From Actinomycetota bacterium (lineage in GTDB: Bacteria > Actinomycetota > Coriobacteriia > Anaerosomatales > UBA912), in NCBI GenBank assembly GCA_018334075.1, contig JAGXSC010000010.1, positions 37,102 through 101,101 on the forward strand: a DNA stretch of 64,000 nt, written 5' to 3'. The notes beneath the pieces are model-generated. The model did no database searches. It was not told where the DNA came from and worked only from the letters and a program-made list of their open reading frames with translations. Below, piece after piece: positions 51,622 to 61,731 of this stretch. The translations under genes and the position numbers were made by a program. Numbering within the stretch: the first letter of the stretch is position 1; every line of letters starts with the position of its first letter.

Positions 51622-54600
51622 CTACTCCTCCTCAGTGAGGTCGTCGGGCAAATCCAGTGCACAAACGTCACTCTCGATCAGTCTCTCCAGATCCACAGTG
51701 GAAATCTGTTCCGCCTCAAGCGGGTCCTCGGTTCCCAAATCAAGTCCAAGCTCCTGTGCAGTCTGGAAGATATCGTCCGTATCCTCTTTCAGCCCAATCG
51801 CTCCGCCGTCCTCTGACAGAACCTCGACGTCAAGACAGAGTGACTGCATCTCTTTCACAAGCACCTTGAAGGACTCGGGTATCCCGGGTTCGGGTATATT
51901 GTCGCCCTTCACTATGCTCTCGTATGCTTTCACCCTACCAAGCACGTCATCAGATTTGATGGTGAGTATCTCCTGCAAGAGGTAGGCCGCGCCATACGCG
52001 TACAGCGCCCAAACTTCCATCTCGCCAAAGCGCTGTCCGCCGAATTGCGCCTTACCTCCGAGAGGCTGCTGCGTTATCAGGGAGTATGGGCCCGTAGAAC
52101 GAGCGTGAATCTTGTCATCTACCAGGTGCAGCAGCTTGAGAATATAAATCTGACCTACGGTTACAGGCTCCCTGAACGGCTCTCCTGTTCGACCGTCAAA
52201 GAGGGGCGCCTTGCCCTCTGGAGTCAAGCGAGGAACTGAGCTCTCGATGACCTTGTCGCCATAGCGAGCCTTGGCTTTCATCAGCATGTTGTTATTGGCC
52301 GCTCCTAGAACCCTCGATATCTCTTCTTCTTTTGCCCCGTCGAAAACCGGAGTAGAAACGAAGTTCGGGCCCTCTACCGGCTCCTTCTGCTTTTCGTCAT
52401 CGGACCAGCCCACAAACGAAGCCCACCCAAGGTGGGTTTCGAGTAGCTGCCCGATGTTCATTCGGCTAGGCACACCCAGCGGATTGAGGATGACATCCAC
52501 TGGCGTTCCGTCCGCAAGGAAAGGCATATCTTCCACCGGGAGTATCTTCGAGATTACACCTTTGTTGCCGTGTCGACCGGCGAGCTTGTCGCCCTCGGAG
52601 ATCTTTCGCTTCTGGGCGACCTTGACACGGACTAGCTCGTTTACGCCAGGCGACAGATCATCTCCGGCAGCACGACTGAACTTCCTGATACCGATTACAC
52701 GCCCAGTCTCGCCGTGCGGTACTCGAAGTGAGGTGTCCCTGACTTCACGTGCTTTTTCGCCGAAAATCGCTCGAAGCAGCCGCTCCTCGGCGGTAAGCTC
52801 CGTGTCACCCTTCGGCGTGACCTTACCTACAAGTACATCTCCGGGGAATACCTCCGCGCCGATGCGGATGACCCCATCCTCATCGAGATCTGCAAGAATC
52901 TCTTCGCCCACGTTGGGGATTTCCCGAGTGATGTCCTCGGGTCCCAACTTGGTATCGCGCGCTTCGACCTCGTACTCCTCTATATGGATGGAGGTCAGGA
53001 GATCCTCTTTCACCAAGCGCTCAGAGAGAATAATGGCATCTTCGTAGTTGTACCCCTCCCAGGGCATAAACGCCACGAGAAGGTTCTGTCCCAAGGCTAG
53101 CTCGCCCTGATCACTTGATGGTCCGTCAGCCAATACCTCGCCCGCCGAGACCGTCTGTCCCTCGGCGACTATAGGCCGATGATTGATGCAGGTACCCTGG
53201 TTTGAGCGAACGAACTTCGGCATGAAGTACTCGTCGGCGCCCTTGCCATCAGCGGCACGAACAACAATCTTATTGGCGTCGGCATACTCCACAACGCCAT
53301 CCCGGTGAGCCAGCAGAACCTCGCCGGTGTCAGTCAGGGCGCGATGCTCAAGGCCGGTGCCGACCAGCGGCGCCGAGGTGCGTAGCAGTGGAACGGCTTG
53401 ACGCTGCATGTTCGAGCCCATGAGCGCTCTGTTTGCGTCGTCGTGCTCCAAAAACGGAATCAGCGCCGTCGCCACCGAGACCATCTGCCTAGGCGAGACG
53501 TCCATATACTGGACGTTGGCGGGCTCGACCTCTTCCGGGTCACCGCCCCGCATACGGCAAAGAACCCTGGCGCCGAAGAACTTGCCCGTCTTCGGATCAA
53601 ATCGCTCGCTTGCCTGGGCGATTACGAACTTTTCCTCGATGTCCGCGGTCAAATACTCAATCTCATCTGTAACCTTGCCGTTCACAACCTTGCGATACGG
53701 AGTTTCGATGAATCCGTACGCATTGATGCGAGCAAACGTTGCCAGTGAGCCTATAAGACCGATGTTCGGTCCTTCAGGAGTCTCGATCGGGCACATCCGC
53801 CCATAGTGGCTGGGGTGGACGTCCCTGACCTCAAATCCGGCTCGCTCACGCGTAAGTCCCTTCGGGCCAAGGGCCGAGAGTCTGCGCTTATGAGTCAAGC
53901 CAGCAAGCGGGTTGGTCTGATCCATGAACTGCGAAAGCTGCGATGAGCCGAAGAATTCCTTTATGGCCGCAACGATGGGCCGTATGTTGACCAGTGATTG
54001 CGGGGTGATTTCCTCCACGTTTTGAGTGGTCATGCGCTCCCGAATGACACGCTCCATTCGAGCCAACCCGATCTTGAATTGATTCTGAATCAGCTCACCC
54101 ACACTGCGAATACGTCGATTGCCAAAGTGATCGACATCGTCAACGTAGTAGCCCTCTTCTCCCTCAAGGAGCTTAACGAGGTACTGCGTGGCGGCCAAAA
54201 TATCATCGTTTGTAAGAGTTGACTGGGTATCAGGCAGATCCAGTCCCAGCTTCTTGTTGATCTTGTATCGGCCAACCTTGCCAAGATCATACTTTTGCGG
54301 ATTGAAGAACAGCTCGTGCAAAAGATCTTGACCGGCCTTTGCCGTTGACTGCTCGCCTGGCCGCAGCTTTTCGTGTATTGCCTTCAATGCCTCTTCCCGA
54401 GTATCCGGCGGACGCTTACCCTTGTCCAGGGTGCGAAGGATGCACTCCGAGTTGTCGAACAGCTCGAGAATCTCTTCGCGAGTCTCGGCGATTCCCAAAG
54501 CCTTGATTAGCAACGTCGCAGACATTCTGTGCTTGCGGTCTATGCGAACCAGGATGTCCTTGTGCCTGCGATTGCCCTCCAGCTCGAGCCACGCACCCCT

Positions 54601-55152
54601 CACGGGGATTACCTTGGTGCTGTAGCGGATTCGATCGGCAGGGCTCGTGTAGTCGGCGGGCTTGGTTCGACTGGAAGATGATGTGAAGTCCTTGACGGCG
54701 CCAGCATAGTATATGCCGGGCGAGCGAAGTAGCGACGAAACCACAACTCGCTCAGTGCCATTAATGACGAAGGTTCCGCGATCGGACATCAGCGGAATGT
54801 CGCCCATGAACACCTGCTGCTCTTTTACCTCACCGGTATCTTTGTTGATGAGTTGGATCTCAACGAAAAGAGGCGCCTGATATGAGAGATCCTTGTCCTT
54901 GCACTCTTCGACTGAGTACTTAGGATCACCAAACTCATGACCGACAAACCTGACGGCCAACGTGCCAGTGAAGTCTTCGATCGGCGAAATCTCCGCGAAT
55001 GCGTCCCTCAATCCATCCTCAAGGAACCAATCAAAGCTGTGTTTCTGAATCGCTATCAAATTCGGAAGTTCCAGCACCTCTGGAATTTTTGCAAACGTAC
55101 GGCGCTGGCGTTTACCAACATTACCGGCGAGGGAACCTTGTCCGCTGAGCAC
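51622..55152 (-). CDS. rpoB: DNA-directed RNA polymerase subunit beta
   Basis: 1176 aa, colinear RpoB motifs throughout. GTG start with a GGAGG SD. Confidence 0.97.
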   Translation of the reverse strand: MLSGQGSLAGNVGKRQRRTFAKIPEVLELPNLIAIQKHSFDWFLEDGLRDAFAEISPIEDFTGTLAVRFVGHEFGDPKYSVEECKDKDLSYQAPLFVEIQLINKDTGEVKEQQVFMGDIPLMSDRGTFVINGTERVVVSSLLRSPGIYYAGAVKDFTSSSSRTKPADYTSPADRIRYSTKVIPVRGAWLELEGNRRHKDILVRIDRKHRMSATLLIKALGIAETREEILELFDNSECILRTLDKGKRPPDTREEALKAIHEKLRPGEQSTAKAGQDLLHELFFNPQKYDLGKVGRYKINKKLGLDLPDTQSTLTNDDILAATQYLVKLLEGEEGYYVDDVDHFGNRRIRSVGELIQNQFKIGLARMERVIRERMTTQNVEEITPQSLVNIRPIVAAIKEFFGSSQLSQFMDQTNPLAGLTHKRRLSALGPKGLTRERAGFEVRDVHPSHYGRMCPIETPEGPNIGLIGSLATFARINAYGFIETPYRKVVNGKVTDEIEYLTADIEEKFVIAQASERFDPKTGKFFGARVLCRMRGGDPEEVEPANVQYMDVSPRQMVSVATALIPFLEHDDANRALMGSNMQRQAVPLLRTSAPLVGTGLEHRALTDTGEVLLAHRDGVVEYADANKIVVRAADGKGADEYFMPKFVRSNQGTCINHRPIVAEGQTVSAGEVLADGPSSDQGELALGQNLLVAFMPWEGYNYEDAIILSERLVKEDLLTSIHIEEYEVEARDTKLGPEDITREIPNVGEEILADLDEDGVIRIGAEVFPGDVLVGKVTPKGDTELTAEERLLRAIFGEKAREVRDTSLRVPHGETGRVIGIRKFSRAAGDDLSPGVNELVRVKVAQKRKISEGDKLAGRHGNKGVISKILPVEDMPFLADGTPVDVILNPLGVPSRMNIGQLLETHLGWASFVGWSDDEKQKEPVEGPNFVSTPVFDGAKEEEISRVLGAANNNMLMKAKARYGDKVIESSVPRLTPEGKAPLFDGRTGEPFREPVTVGQIYILKLLHLVDDKIHARSTGPYSLITQQPLGGKAQFGGQRFGEMEVWALYAYGAAYLLQEILTIKSDDVLGRVKAYESIVKGDNIPEPGIPESFKVLVKEMQSLCLDVEVLSEDGGAIGLKEDTDDIFQTAQELGLDLGTEDPLEAEQISTVDLERLIESDVCALDLPDDLTEEE

Positions 55153-55204
55153 CAGGCAATTCCTCCTTCAAGGATGAGCTTGTGACAAATAATCGCAAAC
55201 TACG

Positions 55205-55233
55205 ATATTACCTAAGGTGTATTAGATATGCAA
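55205..55233 (-). promoter_or_regulatory. Candidate promoter for rpoBC in the rplL-rpoB spacer
   Basis: Minus strand TTGCAT-N17-TAATAT inside an AT-rich stretch. Confidence 0.45.
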
Positions 55234-55261
55234 TAAGAAAGTTGGATTATTCTCAATTTCT

Positions 55262-55308
55262 TCCGAAAGCAAAGAACGGCTGGTCCGTGAGTTGGATGCC
55301 AGCCGTTC
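55262..55308 (-). terminator. Terminator/attenuator hairpin between rplL and rpoB
   Basis: Minus strand GAACGGCTGG-15 nt-CCAGCCGTTC followed by TTTGCTTTCGG. It occupies the same position as the known partial terminator in E. coli rplL-rpoB. Confidence 0.55.
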
Positions 55309-55363
55309 TCGTACCTCCCAAAAAATGGCTCTCGGAGAAAAAGAGACTCCTAAACCTGAGGTG

Positions 55364-55753
55364 CTAGGCAAGCTCTACAGTGGCTCCAGCCTCTTCGAGC
55401 TTGGCTTTGGCCTCATCGGCACGCTCTTTGTTCACTCCGGACAGAACTGCCTTCGGAGCCGAATCAACGACCTCCTTGGCCTCTTTCAGGCCGAGGCTAC
55501 CGTCAAGCTCACGTACTACCTTGATTACCTGGATCTTCTTGTCGCCAGCGTGGGTGAGGACAACGTCGAAGCTGTCCTTCTCCTCGGCGACGGCTTCACC
55601 ACCAGCTGGCGCAGCGACCATGGCCGCTACGGGAGCTGCCGCAGAAACCCCAAAAACGTCTTCCATCTCTTTTACCAGCTCAGCGAGCTCGAGCGCCGGA
55701 GCGTTCTTTACCCACTCCAATACTTCTTCACGAGTAATGTTTGACATCTTCAA
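55364..55753 (-). CDS. rplL: 50S ribosomal protein L7/L12
   Basis: ...Ala-rich hinge...[10 protein letters not shown]...LGLKEAKE.V... Confidence 0.95.
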   Translation of the reverse strand: MKMSNITREEVLEWVKNAPALELAELVKEMEDVFGVSAAAPVAAMVAAPAGGEAVAEEKDSFDVVLTHAGDKKIQVIKVVRELDGSLGLKEAKEVVDSAPKAVLSGVNKERADEAKAKLEEAGATVELA

Positions 55754-55828
55754 CTGTCTCCTTCTTCTCTTTCACTTCGGCGTCCGCCGAGAAGCGGCGC
55801 CCCCAATACCAACATTTTCACTTCAAAA

Positions 55829-56350
55829 TCACGCAGCGGCCTTTTGATCGGCGACTGCCTTGATAACGCGCGCAAACGCGCCGGCCGGTGCATTTGCCAT
55901 GGCCATAAAGCCACGAACCGGGCTGACCATCGCGCCCATCAGCTTTGCAATCAGCTCTTCGCGAGAAGGCAACATAGCAATCGCCATGATCCCGCTTGCA
56001 TCCATCAATGCGTTCTGAACAAATCCGCCCTTGATCTCCAGCGCGGCGTGGGCCTTCGCGAATTCGGATAGAGCTTTAGCAGGGGCGGCCGGATCCGCGT
56101 CAACGAACACAAGAACGGTAGGTCCGGACAGAAGATCACTCATGTCCGGAAACGCGATTTCTCGCATTGCGATCTCCGTCAGTGTGTTTTTGAACACTTT
56201 CACCTGGGCACCAGAGGCGTTCACCTTTATACGCAGCTCTTGCATCTCCTTGACCGACAGGCCTCGGTAGTCAGCCATTATGACTCCAGTTGAGTCGGTT
56301 AGCCTCTCTTTGATCTCGGCTACCGCAAGTGTCTTTGGTCCTTTGGGCAT
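55829..56350 (-). CDS. rplJ: 50S ribosomal protein L10
   Basis: ...ADYRGLSVKEMQELR... precedes rplL. Confidence 0.95.
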   Translation of the reverse strand: MPKGPKTLAVAEIKERLTDSTGVIMADYRGLSVKEMQELRIKVNASGAQVKVFKNTLTEIAMREIAFPDMSDLLSGPTVLVFVDADPAAPAKALSEFAKAHAALEIKGGFVQNALMDASGIMAIAMLPSREELIAKLMGAMVSPVRGFMAMANAPAGAFARVIKAVADQKAAA

Positions 56351-56442
56351 CTACTTCCCTCCTTTCATGGTGCGCGCAATCATACTCGCGCGGACCATGC
56401 AGTTATAAATAAGCATGGCCCCCGCCAAAATCAGCGGAGGCC
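56351..56442 (-). promoter_or_regulatory. Structured 5' leader of rplJ (possible L10-leader-type autoregulatory element)
   Basis: Two strong minus-strand hairpins: GGCCTCCGC-7 nt-GCGGGGGCC (56417..56442) followed by a U-rich run, and CATGGTCCGCGC...GCGCGCACCATG (56366..56399) abutting the SD. I cannot verify the family assignment by eye. Confidence 0.3.
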
Positions 56443-56662
56443 ACGAAAACTCGGATACTTGTCGCACCGAATCAATGTCACTCGTAGGCTTCCACCTCGG
56501 CAGGCGGATCAATATTCAATCGATCCATTAGGCGAAAAAGTTGCACCTGCTGTCTTGGGCGGTCTAAGTTGCACACACATATATAGTTTTGAAGCTCCGA
56601 CAGTATCGGGCAGGGAGCGAAGAAATGCAAGTATCGTTTATGGTTCGGGTACAATAAAGGAC

Positions 56663-57361
56663 ATGGAACTCGATGTACCGCCTCATGGTAAATCGGCTCG
56701 CTCCGAAGATATATCGGAGGTCAGAGCCGCTCTCGACAACGCTCTACTCTCTCGCGATCGGGCCACTGCGCTTGCGGTCACAGCTGAAGCTCTAGACCGA
56801 GGTACGATTTCCATTCCCGAGCTTTACACACTCGTGCTCGGGCCTCTGATGACCGACACTGGCACTGCATGGCAGTCCGGCATCACTCGTATCTGGGAGG
56901 AGCATTATGCATCGGCGATTGTGCGCACTATCGTCGAATCCTTGGCCACCCGTGTCCTGACAGAGGCTGCCTGCAGGCCTAGCAAGGGCGAAACCGTGCT
57001 ACTGGCATGCCCGCCCGACGAATACCACGACCTTGGGCTGAGGATGTTTCTGGATCGCATGCTTCTCGCCGGATACGATGCGCACTTCCTCGGCGCGGAC
57101 ACACCGATCGCCGAGATACTCGATGCCGCCGTACGTCTCAACACGTCCCTCGTCATCCTTTCGGTCTCGACCCACTTTCATCGTGTGAGATTGCGTGAAA
57201 CTATCGCCGTACTATCCAAGAGCCTGCCTGCTGGAACTCGCATTGCCGTAGGTGGACCCGCCTGCGCGAAAAATGCATCGGGCATCGAAGCCTACCTGCT
57301 CGACGAGGCTAAACTCGGCTTGGAGGAAGTTCGAGGAGGACCGCCGGAATGCTCTCCCTGA
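56663..57361 (+). CDS. Stand-alone cobalamin (B12)-binding domain protein, CarH/LitR-sensor-like, without a DNA-binding domain
   Basis: Four-helix cap motif GTAWQSGITRIWEEHYASAIV (B12-binding_2-like), followed by a Rossmann module with ExHxxG (DEYHDLGLRM) and FLGADTP...LSVS. ATG 56663 with an AAAGGA SD. The track's 5' extension runs into the rplJ leader. Confidence 0.7.
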   Translation: MELDVPPHGKSARSEDISEVRAALDNALLSRDRATALAVTAEALDRGTISIPELYTLVLGPLMTDTGTAWQSGITRIWEEHYASAIVRTIVESLATRVLTEAACRPSKGETVLLACPPDEYHDLGLRMFLDRMLLAGYDAHFLGADTPIAEILDAAVRLNTSLVILSVSTHFHRVRLRETIAVLSKSLPAGTRIAVGGPACAKNASGIEAYLLDEAKLGLEEVRGGPPECSP

Positions 57362-58488
57362 GAATTGCGGTCCGCTTTCTACGCACAAGCCCCGTCCAGT
57401 CTGCGCTCATAGTGGCTGGGATCGCTGTCGGCATCGCCACACAGGTCTTTGTGGGCTCGCTCATAACAAGCTTGCAGACCAACCTCGTGAACACGACTAT
57501 TGGATCAAGCCCACATATTACAATCAGCGCTCGAGAAGACGAAGAACCGGTCGTTTTCAGTGAGCAGCTTAGCTCGCTAATAACCAAAGACGCGCGAGTT
57601 GAGCCCGGAACGGTTGTGCCCGTACGAACATCCTCGGCGCTCTTCACCGACGGCGAAAGCAGTGCGCCTCTAAGCTTAACTGCTGGCCGCCTTGGCGAGC
57701 TCGATCGTATCTACGCCCTAACCGAGCGTACGCAGAGTGGAGTCCCAAGCCTTGATACAGGTGAGGCCATCGTTGGTATTGACTTTGCGAAGAATAACGG
57801 TCTTTCACCGGATGATTACATCTCTATTGTCTTCGCCGAAGGAGGCGGGGCTCGCCTTAAAGTTACCGCGTTCGTCGATTTGGGATCTGCAGCTGCAAAC
57901 GAGCGGACAGCATTCATAGGGCCCGGACTCTTGCGCGACCTGAAGGGATGGTCATCTGACGAGTACTCGGTCGTTCAAGTCCAGGTGCTCGAGCCCTTCG
58001 ACGCCGCTACGGTAGCCTCCGAATGGCGCAGAGCACTACCTGGGGTCTCAATATCGGATTGGCAGGCAGAAAACGCTGACCTTCTCACAGCTTTGCAGAG
58101 TCAATCAGCATCCTCCTACATGATCCAAGCATTTGTTCTCGTCGCGGTAGCGCTTGGAATCGCTTCGACGCTGGCAATCAGCGCCGTGCAAAAGACGCGA
58201 CAGATTGGCATCTTGAAAGCGATGGGACTTTCCGACAGGCGCTCCGGAAACATCTTCCTTTGGCAAGCAGCAATACTCGGGTTGAGCGGAACAGCTAGCG
58301 GCGTCGCTTCGGGGTATGCGCTAATCTGGGGCTTCTCCTTTGCCCCTGTGCCATTTAGCATCACGCCGGAACCCGGGTTCATCGCGCTATCCTCATCGAT
58401 AGGCGTTCTGGTGGCACTGCTATCCTCGATCATCCCAACGCGCAAGACATCGCGTCTCGATCCAATCGAGGTGATCCAAAGTGGCTGA
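57349..58488 (+). CDS. ABC transporter permease, MacB/LolCE (FtsX-domain) family
   Basis: MLSLRIAVRFLR... N-terminal TM helix, a large extracytoplasmic domain and a C-terminal FtsX-type 3-TM bundle. It overlaps the upstream gene by 13 nt. Confidence 0.8.
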   Translation: MLSLRIAVRFLRTSPVQSALIVAGIAVGIATQVFVGSLITSLQTNLVNTTIGSSPHITISAREDEEPVVFSEQLSSLITKDARVEPGTVVPVRTSSALFTDGESSAPLSLTAGRLGELDRIYALTERTQSGVPSLDTGEAIVGIDFAKNNGLSPDDYISIVFAEGGGARLKVTAFVDLGSAAANERTAFIGPGLLRDLKGWSSDEYSVVQVQVLEPFDAATVASEWRRALPGVSISDWQAENADLLTALQSQSASSYMIQAFVLVAVALGIASTLAISAVQKTRQIGILKAMGLSDRRSGNIFLWQAAILGLSGTASGVASGYALIWGFSFAPVPFSITPEPGFIALSSSIGVLVALLSSIIPTRKTSRLDPIEVIQSG

Positions 58489-59185
58489 TCGGCTCCTTCT
58501 CGCCGAAGGGCTAAGCAAGGTTTACGGCAGCGGCGAAGCCTCCACAAGGGCGCTCGATGACGTGTCTTTCGAGTTTAGCGAGGGCGAGTTTGCTGCAATC
58601 ATCGGTCAATCGGGTTCGGGGAAATCCACCCTTTTAAACCTACTCGGCCTTCTTGACACGCCAACATCAGGTAAGGTGCGCTACCGAGATCACGAAACAG
58701 GGTCGCTCGGCGCAAAAGCCCGCGCCGAACTGCGAAACGAGCTGATCGGCTTCGTCTTCCAATTCCATCACCTGCTACCGGAGTTCACTGTTTTCGAGAA
58801 CATTGCCATGCCCGCACTCATTCGCGGCAAGCTATCCATCGCTGACATCCGGGAACGCGCCGAGGAGACACTCGGCCTCCTCGGACTCTCAGGCGTTGAA
58901 GAGAAGAGCGCAAACGCTCTGTCGGGAGGCCAGAAGCAACGCGTGGCTATCGCGCGAGCACTCATGAACCGCCCGGCGTTAGTGCTAGCCGACGAGCCGA
59001 CCGGCAATCTCGATACGACCAACACCGAGCTCGTCTATGAGCTCTTCAGGAAGGTAAGCTCCGAGACGGGCACCGCGTTCCTCATTGTGACACACGATCG
59101 AAAAGTCGCCCAACGCACCGACCGGATCCTCGAGGTGCTCGACGGCAAACTAGTGTCAGACGAGCGCAACCTGTATCTGGACTGA
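58481..59185 (+). CDS. ABC transporter ATP-binding protein, MacB/LolD-type
   Basis: GQSGSGKSTLLN, LSGGQKQRVAIARAL, VLADEPTGNLD. Overlaps the permease by 8 nt. Confidence 0.9.
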   Translation: MADRLLLAEGLSKVYGSGEASTRALDDVSFEFSEGEFAAIIGQSGSGKSTLLNLLGLLDTPTSGKVRYRDHETGSLGAKARAELRNELIGFVFQFHHLLPEFTVFENIAMPALIRGKLSIADIRERAEETLGLLGLSGVEEKSANALSGGQKQRVAIARALMNRPALVLADEPTGNLDTTNTELVYELFRKVSSETGTAFLIVTHDRKVAQRTDRILEVLDGKLVSDERNLYLD

Positions 59186-59186
59186 G

Positions 59187-59900
59187 TTAGTCCTGATCCT
59201 CTTCGGTGAGGTTTTTTGTCTTACTCGTGTCCACCTTGATTCCAGGACCCATCGTAGAAGATATTGTTATCGACTTCAGATACCTGCCCTTTGCAACGGC
59301 CGGCTTCGCCCGAAGAATCTCATCGAGCACTGCCGCATAGTTTTCCACCAAGGCAGAAACCTCAAAGCTGGCCTTGCCGATACCAACATGCGCAATACCG
59401 AATTTATCGGCGCGGTATTCTACGCGACCGGCCTTGAGCTCACCGACTACACGTCCAACATCCATCGTGACGGTTCCCAGTTTTGGGTTGGGCATAAGGC
59501 CACGAGTACCAAGTATCTTGCCTAGTCTTCCGACCTTACCCATCATATCCGGCGTGGCGATCGTCGCATCAAAGTCGAGAAAGCCCCCTTGAATCTTCTC
59601 GATGAGGTCATCGCTTCCTACAAATTCGGCCCCTGCAGCCTCGGCCTCGCGAGCCTTATCGCCTTCGGCGAAAACCAGCACACGAACCACCTTTCCGGTG
59701 CCGTGCGGCAAAGAGACACTGCCCCTTACCTGCTGATCAGCTTGGCGAGTATCGACACCTAACCGGAAGTGAGCCTCGACTGTCTCATCAAACTTCGCGG
59801 TACTCAACTCTTTCGCCAACCCCACTGCCGCCATAGGGCTGTACAACTTTGAGCGATCAACCGCTGTGGCCGCCTCTTGCATACGCTTGCTTCTTTTCAT
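59187..59900 (-). CDS. rplA: 50S ribosomal protein L1
   Basis: ...[23 protein letters not shown]... Confidence 0.95.
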   Translation of the reverse strand: MKRSKRMQEAATAVDRSKLYSPMAAVGLAKELSTAKFDETVEAHFRLGVDTRQADQQVRGSVSLPHGTGKVVRVLVFAEGDKAREAEAAGAEFVGSDDLIEKIQGGFLDFDATIATPDMMGKVGRLGKILGTRGLMPNPKLGTVTMDVGRVVGELKAGRVEYRADKFGIAHVGIGKASFEVSALVENYAAVLDEILRAKPAVAKGRYLKSITISSTMGPGIKVDTSKTKNLTEEDQD

Positions 59901-59979
59901 AGTTCCTCCTTGTGGTCACTGGGTCCATTCAGAACCCTCCCACGCCTGGGTAAGCCTCTCGCCGAGATAAGTTGCGAGG

Positions 59980-60405
59980 CTATTCCTCTACAGTCACGCC
60001 CATCGAGCGCGCTGTACCTTCAACGATCTTCATCGCCGCATCTATGTCATTAGCGTTGAGATCCACCATCTTGGTCTGGGCTATGTCTCTGAGCTGCGCA
60101 CGAGACAGCTCGGCTACCTTGGTGCGATTAGGGGTCGCCGAGCCAGACTGTATGCCAACCGCCTGCTTGATAAGAACTGCGGCCGGAGGAGTTTTGAGGA
60201 CATAGGTAAAACTCCGATCCTCATATACGGTAATTTCAACAGGGATAATCGTGCCGACCTTATCCTGGGTATCAGCATTAAAGGCCTGACAGAATTGCAT
60301 GATGTTCACCTGATGCTGACCTAGTGCAGGTCCAACAGGGGGGGCAGGATTGGCCTGTCCGCCCGTGATTTGCAACTTTATGAAACCAACGACTTTTTTA
60401 GGCAT
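59980..60405 (-). CDS. rplK: 50S ribosomal protein L11
   Basis: [38 protein letters not shown]. Confidence 0.96.
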   Translation of the reverse strand: MPKKVVGFIKLQITGGQANPAPPVGPALGQHQVNIMQFCQAFNADTQDKVGTIIPVEITVYEDRSFTYVLKTPPAAVLIKQAVGIQSGSATPNRTKVAELSRAQLRDIAQTKMVDLNANDIDAAMKIVEGTARSMGVTVEE

Positions 60406-60477
60406 TTGTTCTCGTCACGTCCTTACTTTTACAACAATAGCTCTAGCAAAATGGTCGAGTGCGTCTCGCAAAAACCG

Positions 60478-61008
60478 TTACACCTTGGATACCTGATCGA
60501 AACCAAGCTCTACCGGAGTCTCCCGACCAAAGATCGAAACCATTACCTTGATTTTTGCCTGATCGACGTTGACCTCGGAGATGACCCCATCAAACTCGGC
60601 AAGGGGTCCGCTATTCACCTTCACTGTCATTCCAGCCGCAAAATCGGTTGAAGTCTTCGGCTTGACCCCAGCTTCGGTTCGCTTGACGATCCGACGGTAT
60701 TCGTCGCGTGAAAGTGCGACTGGCTTACCCTCGGACCCGACAAACCCAGTGACCCCGGGAGTGTTCCTGACCGCATACCAAGAGTCGTCGGTCAGTTCCA
60801 TCTCAACCAATATATATCCCGGAAAGACCTTCTTCTCGCTGGTTACTCGCCTTCCACCTTCTTTGATATCGGTTACTGTCTCCTTTGGGATGAGGACCTG
60901 AAATATCCTGTCCTCCATGCCCATGGAATTAATGCGATGCTCAAGATTGGTTTTGACTTTGTTCTCATACCCGGAATAGGTGTGGATGACATACCATTTC
61001 TTCGTCAT
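60478..61008 (-). CDS. nusG: Transcription termination/antitermination factor NusG
   Basis: [17 protein letters not shown], with a C-terminal KOW domain. Confidence 0.95.
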   Translation of the reverse strand: MTKKWYVIHTYSGYENKVKTNLEHRINSMGMEDRIFQVLIPKETVTDIKEGGRRVTSEKKVFPGYILVEMELTDDSWYAVRNTPGVTGFVGSEGKPVALSRDEYRRIVKRTEAGVKPKTSTDFAAGMTVKVNSGPLAEFDGVISEVNVDQAKIKVMVSIFGRETPVELGFDQVSKV

Positions 61009-61010
61009 TC

Positions 61011-61241
61011 TCAGCCGCCTAACCTGGCAATAAGTGATACAACGTACACGGAAGCCTGATCAACCAAAAACGTAAATGCCACGAAGAAAAGAAGTGTGAC
61101 GATTACGACCATGCTCAGGTTCATGACCTCAGGACGAGTCGGCCAAACAACGCGCTTGAGCTCACCGATTACGTCACCAAAGTAACCAGATATGCGCTGA
61201 AAGATATTGCGTTTAGCTTTCTTTTCTTTGGACTTGGCCAT
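61011..61241 (-). CDS. secE: Preprotein translocase subunit SecE
   Basis: 76 aa. ...EL.RV.WPTR.E........VI... single TM helix. Located between tRNA-Trp and nusG. Confidence 0.85.
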   Translation of the reverse strand: MAKSKEKKAKRNIFQRISGYFGDVIGELKRVVWPTRPEVMNLSMVVIVTLLFFVAFTFLVDQASVYVVSLIARLGG

Positions 61242-61317
61242 CTACTACTTCCCAACCGCTACGTGACATTCACTGACTGTTAAACCGGGTCTACATAAAT
61301 ATGGGCCCGCTGGATTC

Positions 61318-61395
61318 TGGCAGGCCAGGAGGGACTCGAACCCCCAACATCCGGTTTTGGAGACCGGCGCTCTAACCAATTGGAGCTACTGGCCT
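61318..61395 (-). tRNA. tRNA-Trp (anticodon CCA), CCA end encoded
   Basis: I folded it by hand: acceptor AGGCCAG/CTGGCCT, D stem GCTC/GAGC, anticodon stem CCGGT/ACCGG with loop CTCCAAA, T loop TTCGAGT. Confidence 0.9.
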
Positions 61396-61418
61396 GAATC
61401 ACCTTTACGCCCTTAAGG

Positions 61419-61568
61419 CTACCTCGTCTCCTTGTGCATAGTGTGAGTCCTGCACCACTTGCAGTATTTCTTGAATTCAATCCGCTCGGGATTGTTCTGC
61501 TTGTTCTTTTTTGTCGTGTAATTTCGGCGTTTACACTCAGCGCACGCCAGTGTTACCAAAGTTCTCAT
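61419..61568 (-). CDS. rpmG: 50S ribosomal protein L33 (Zn-ribbon C+ form)
   Basis: Below the ORF-track cutoff. My translation from ATG 61568 (GGAGG SD) is [49 protein letters not shown], ending at a stop codon. Confidence 0.9.
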   Translation of the reverse strand: MRTLVTLACAECKRRNYTTKKNKQNNPERIEFKKYCKWCRTHTMHKETR

Positions 61569-61623
61569 TATTCCTCCTACCGGCTACTCGCCAGGCAGAT
61601 CAGACGCCAGGATGCGGGAGGGT

Positions 61624-61653
61624 AATGTAGCACCCTGGTTTCCGCAATGTCAA
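61624..61653 (-). promoter_or_regulatory. Candidate promoter for rpmG-tRNA-Trp-secE-nusG
   Basis: Minus strand TTGACA-N18-TACATT. Confidence 0.45.
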
Positions 61654-61682
61654 TGTGGTTACACATCCAGCTCACACCAGAC

Positions 61683-61714
61683 GGGGCCTGGGGATAAAAC
61701 GGTTCCCAGACCCC
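61683..61714 (-). terminator. GC-rich hairpin after tuf copy 2 (terminator-like, no clear U-tract)
   Basis: Minus strand GGGGTCTGGG-12 nt-CCCAGGCCCC (one G-U pair), followed by GTCTGGTGTG. Confidence 0.3.
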
Positions 61715-61731
61715 GGCCGGGTCAAATAGTA

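Noticed and set aside
56459-56662. 68-aa N-terminal extension of the B12-binding ORF (track start 56459), checked in case it held a hidden DNA-binding domain
   Set aside because: The extension overlaps the rplJ leader hairpins, has no HTH-like pattern and starts at a non-ATG codon without an SD. ATG 56663 has a proper SD.
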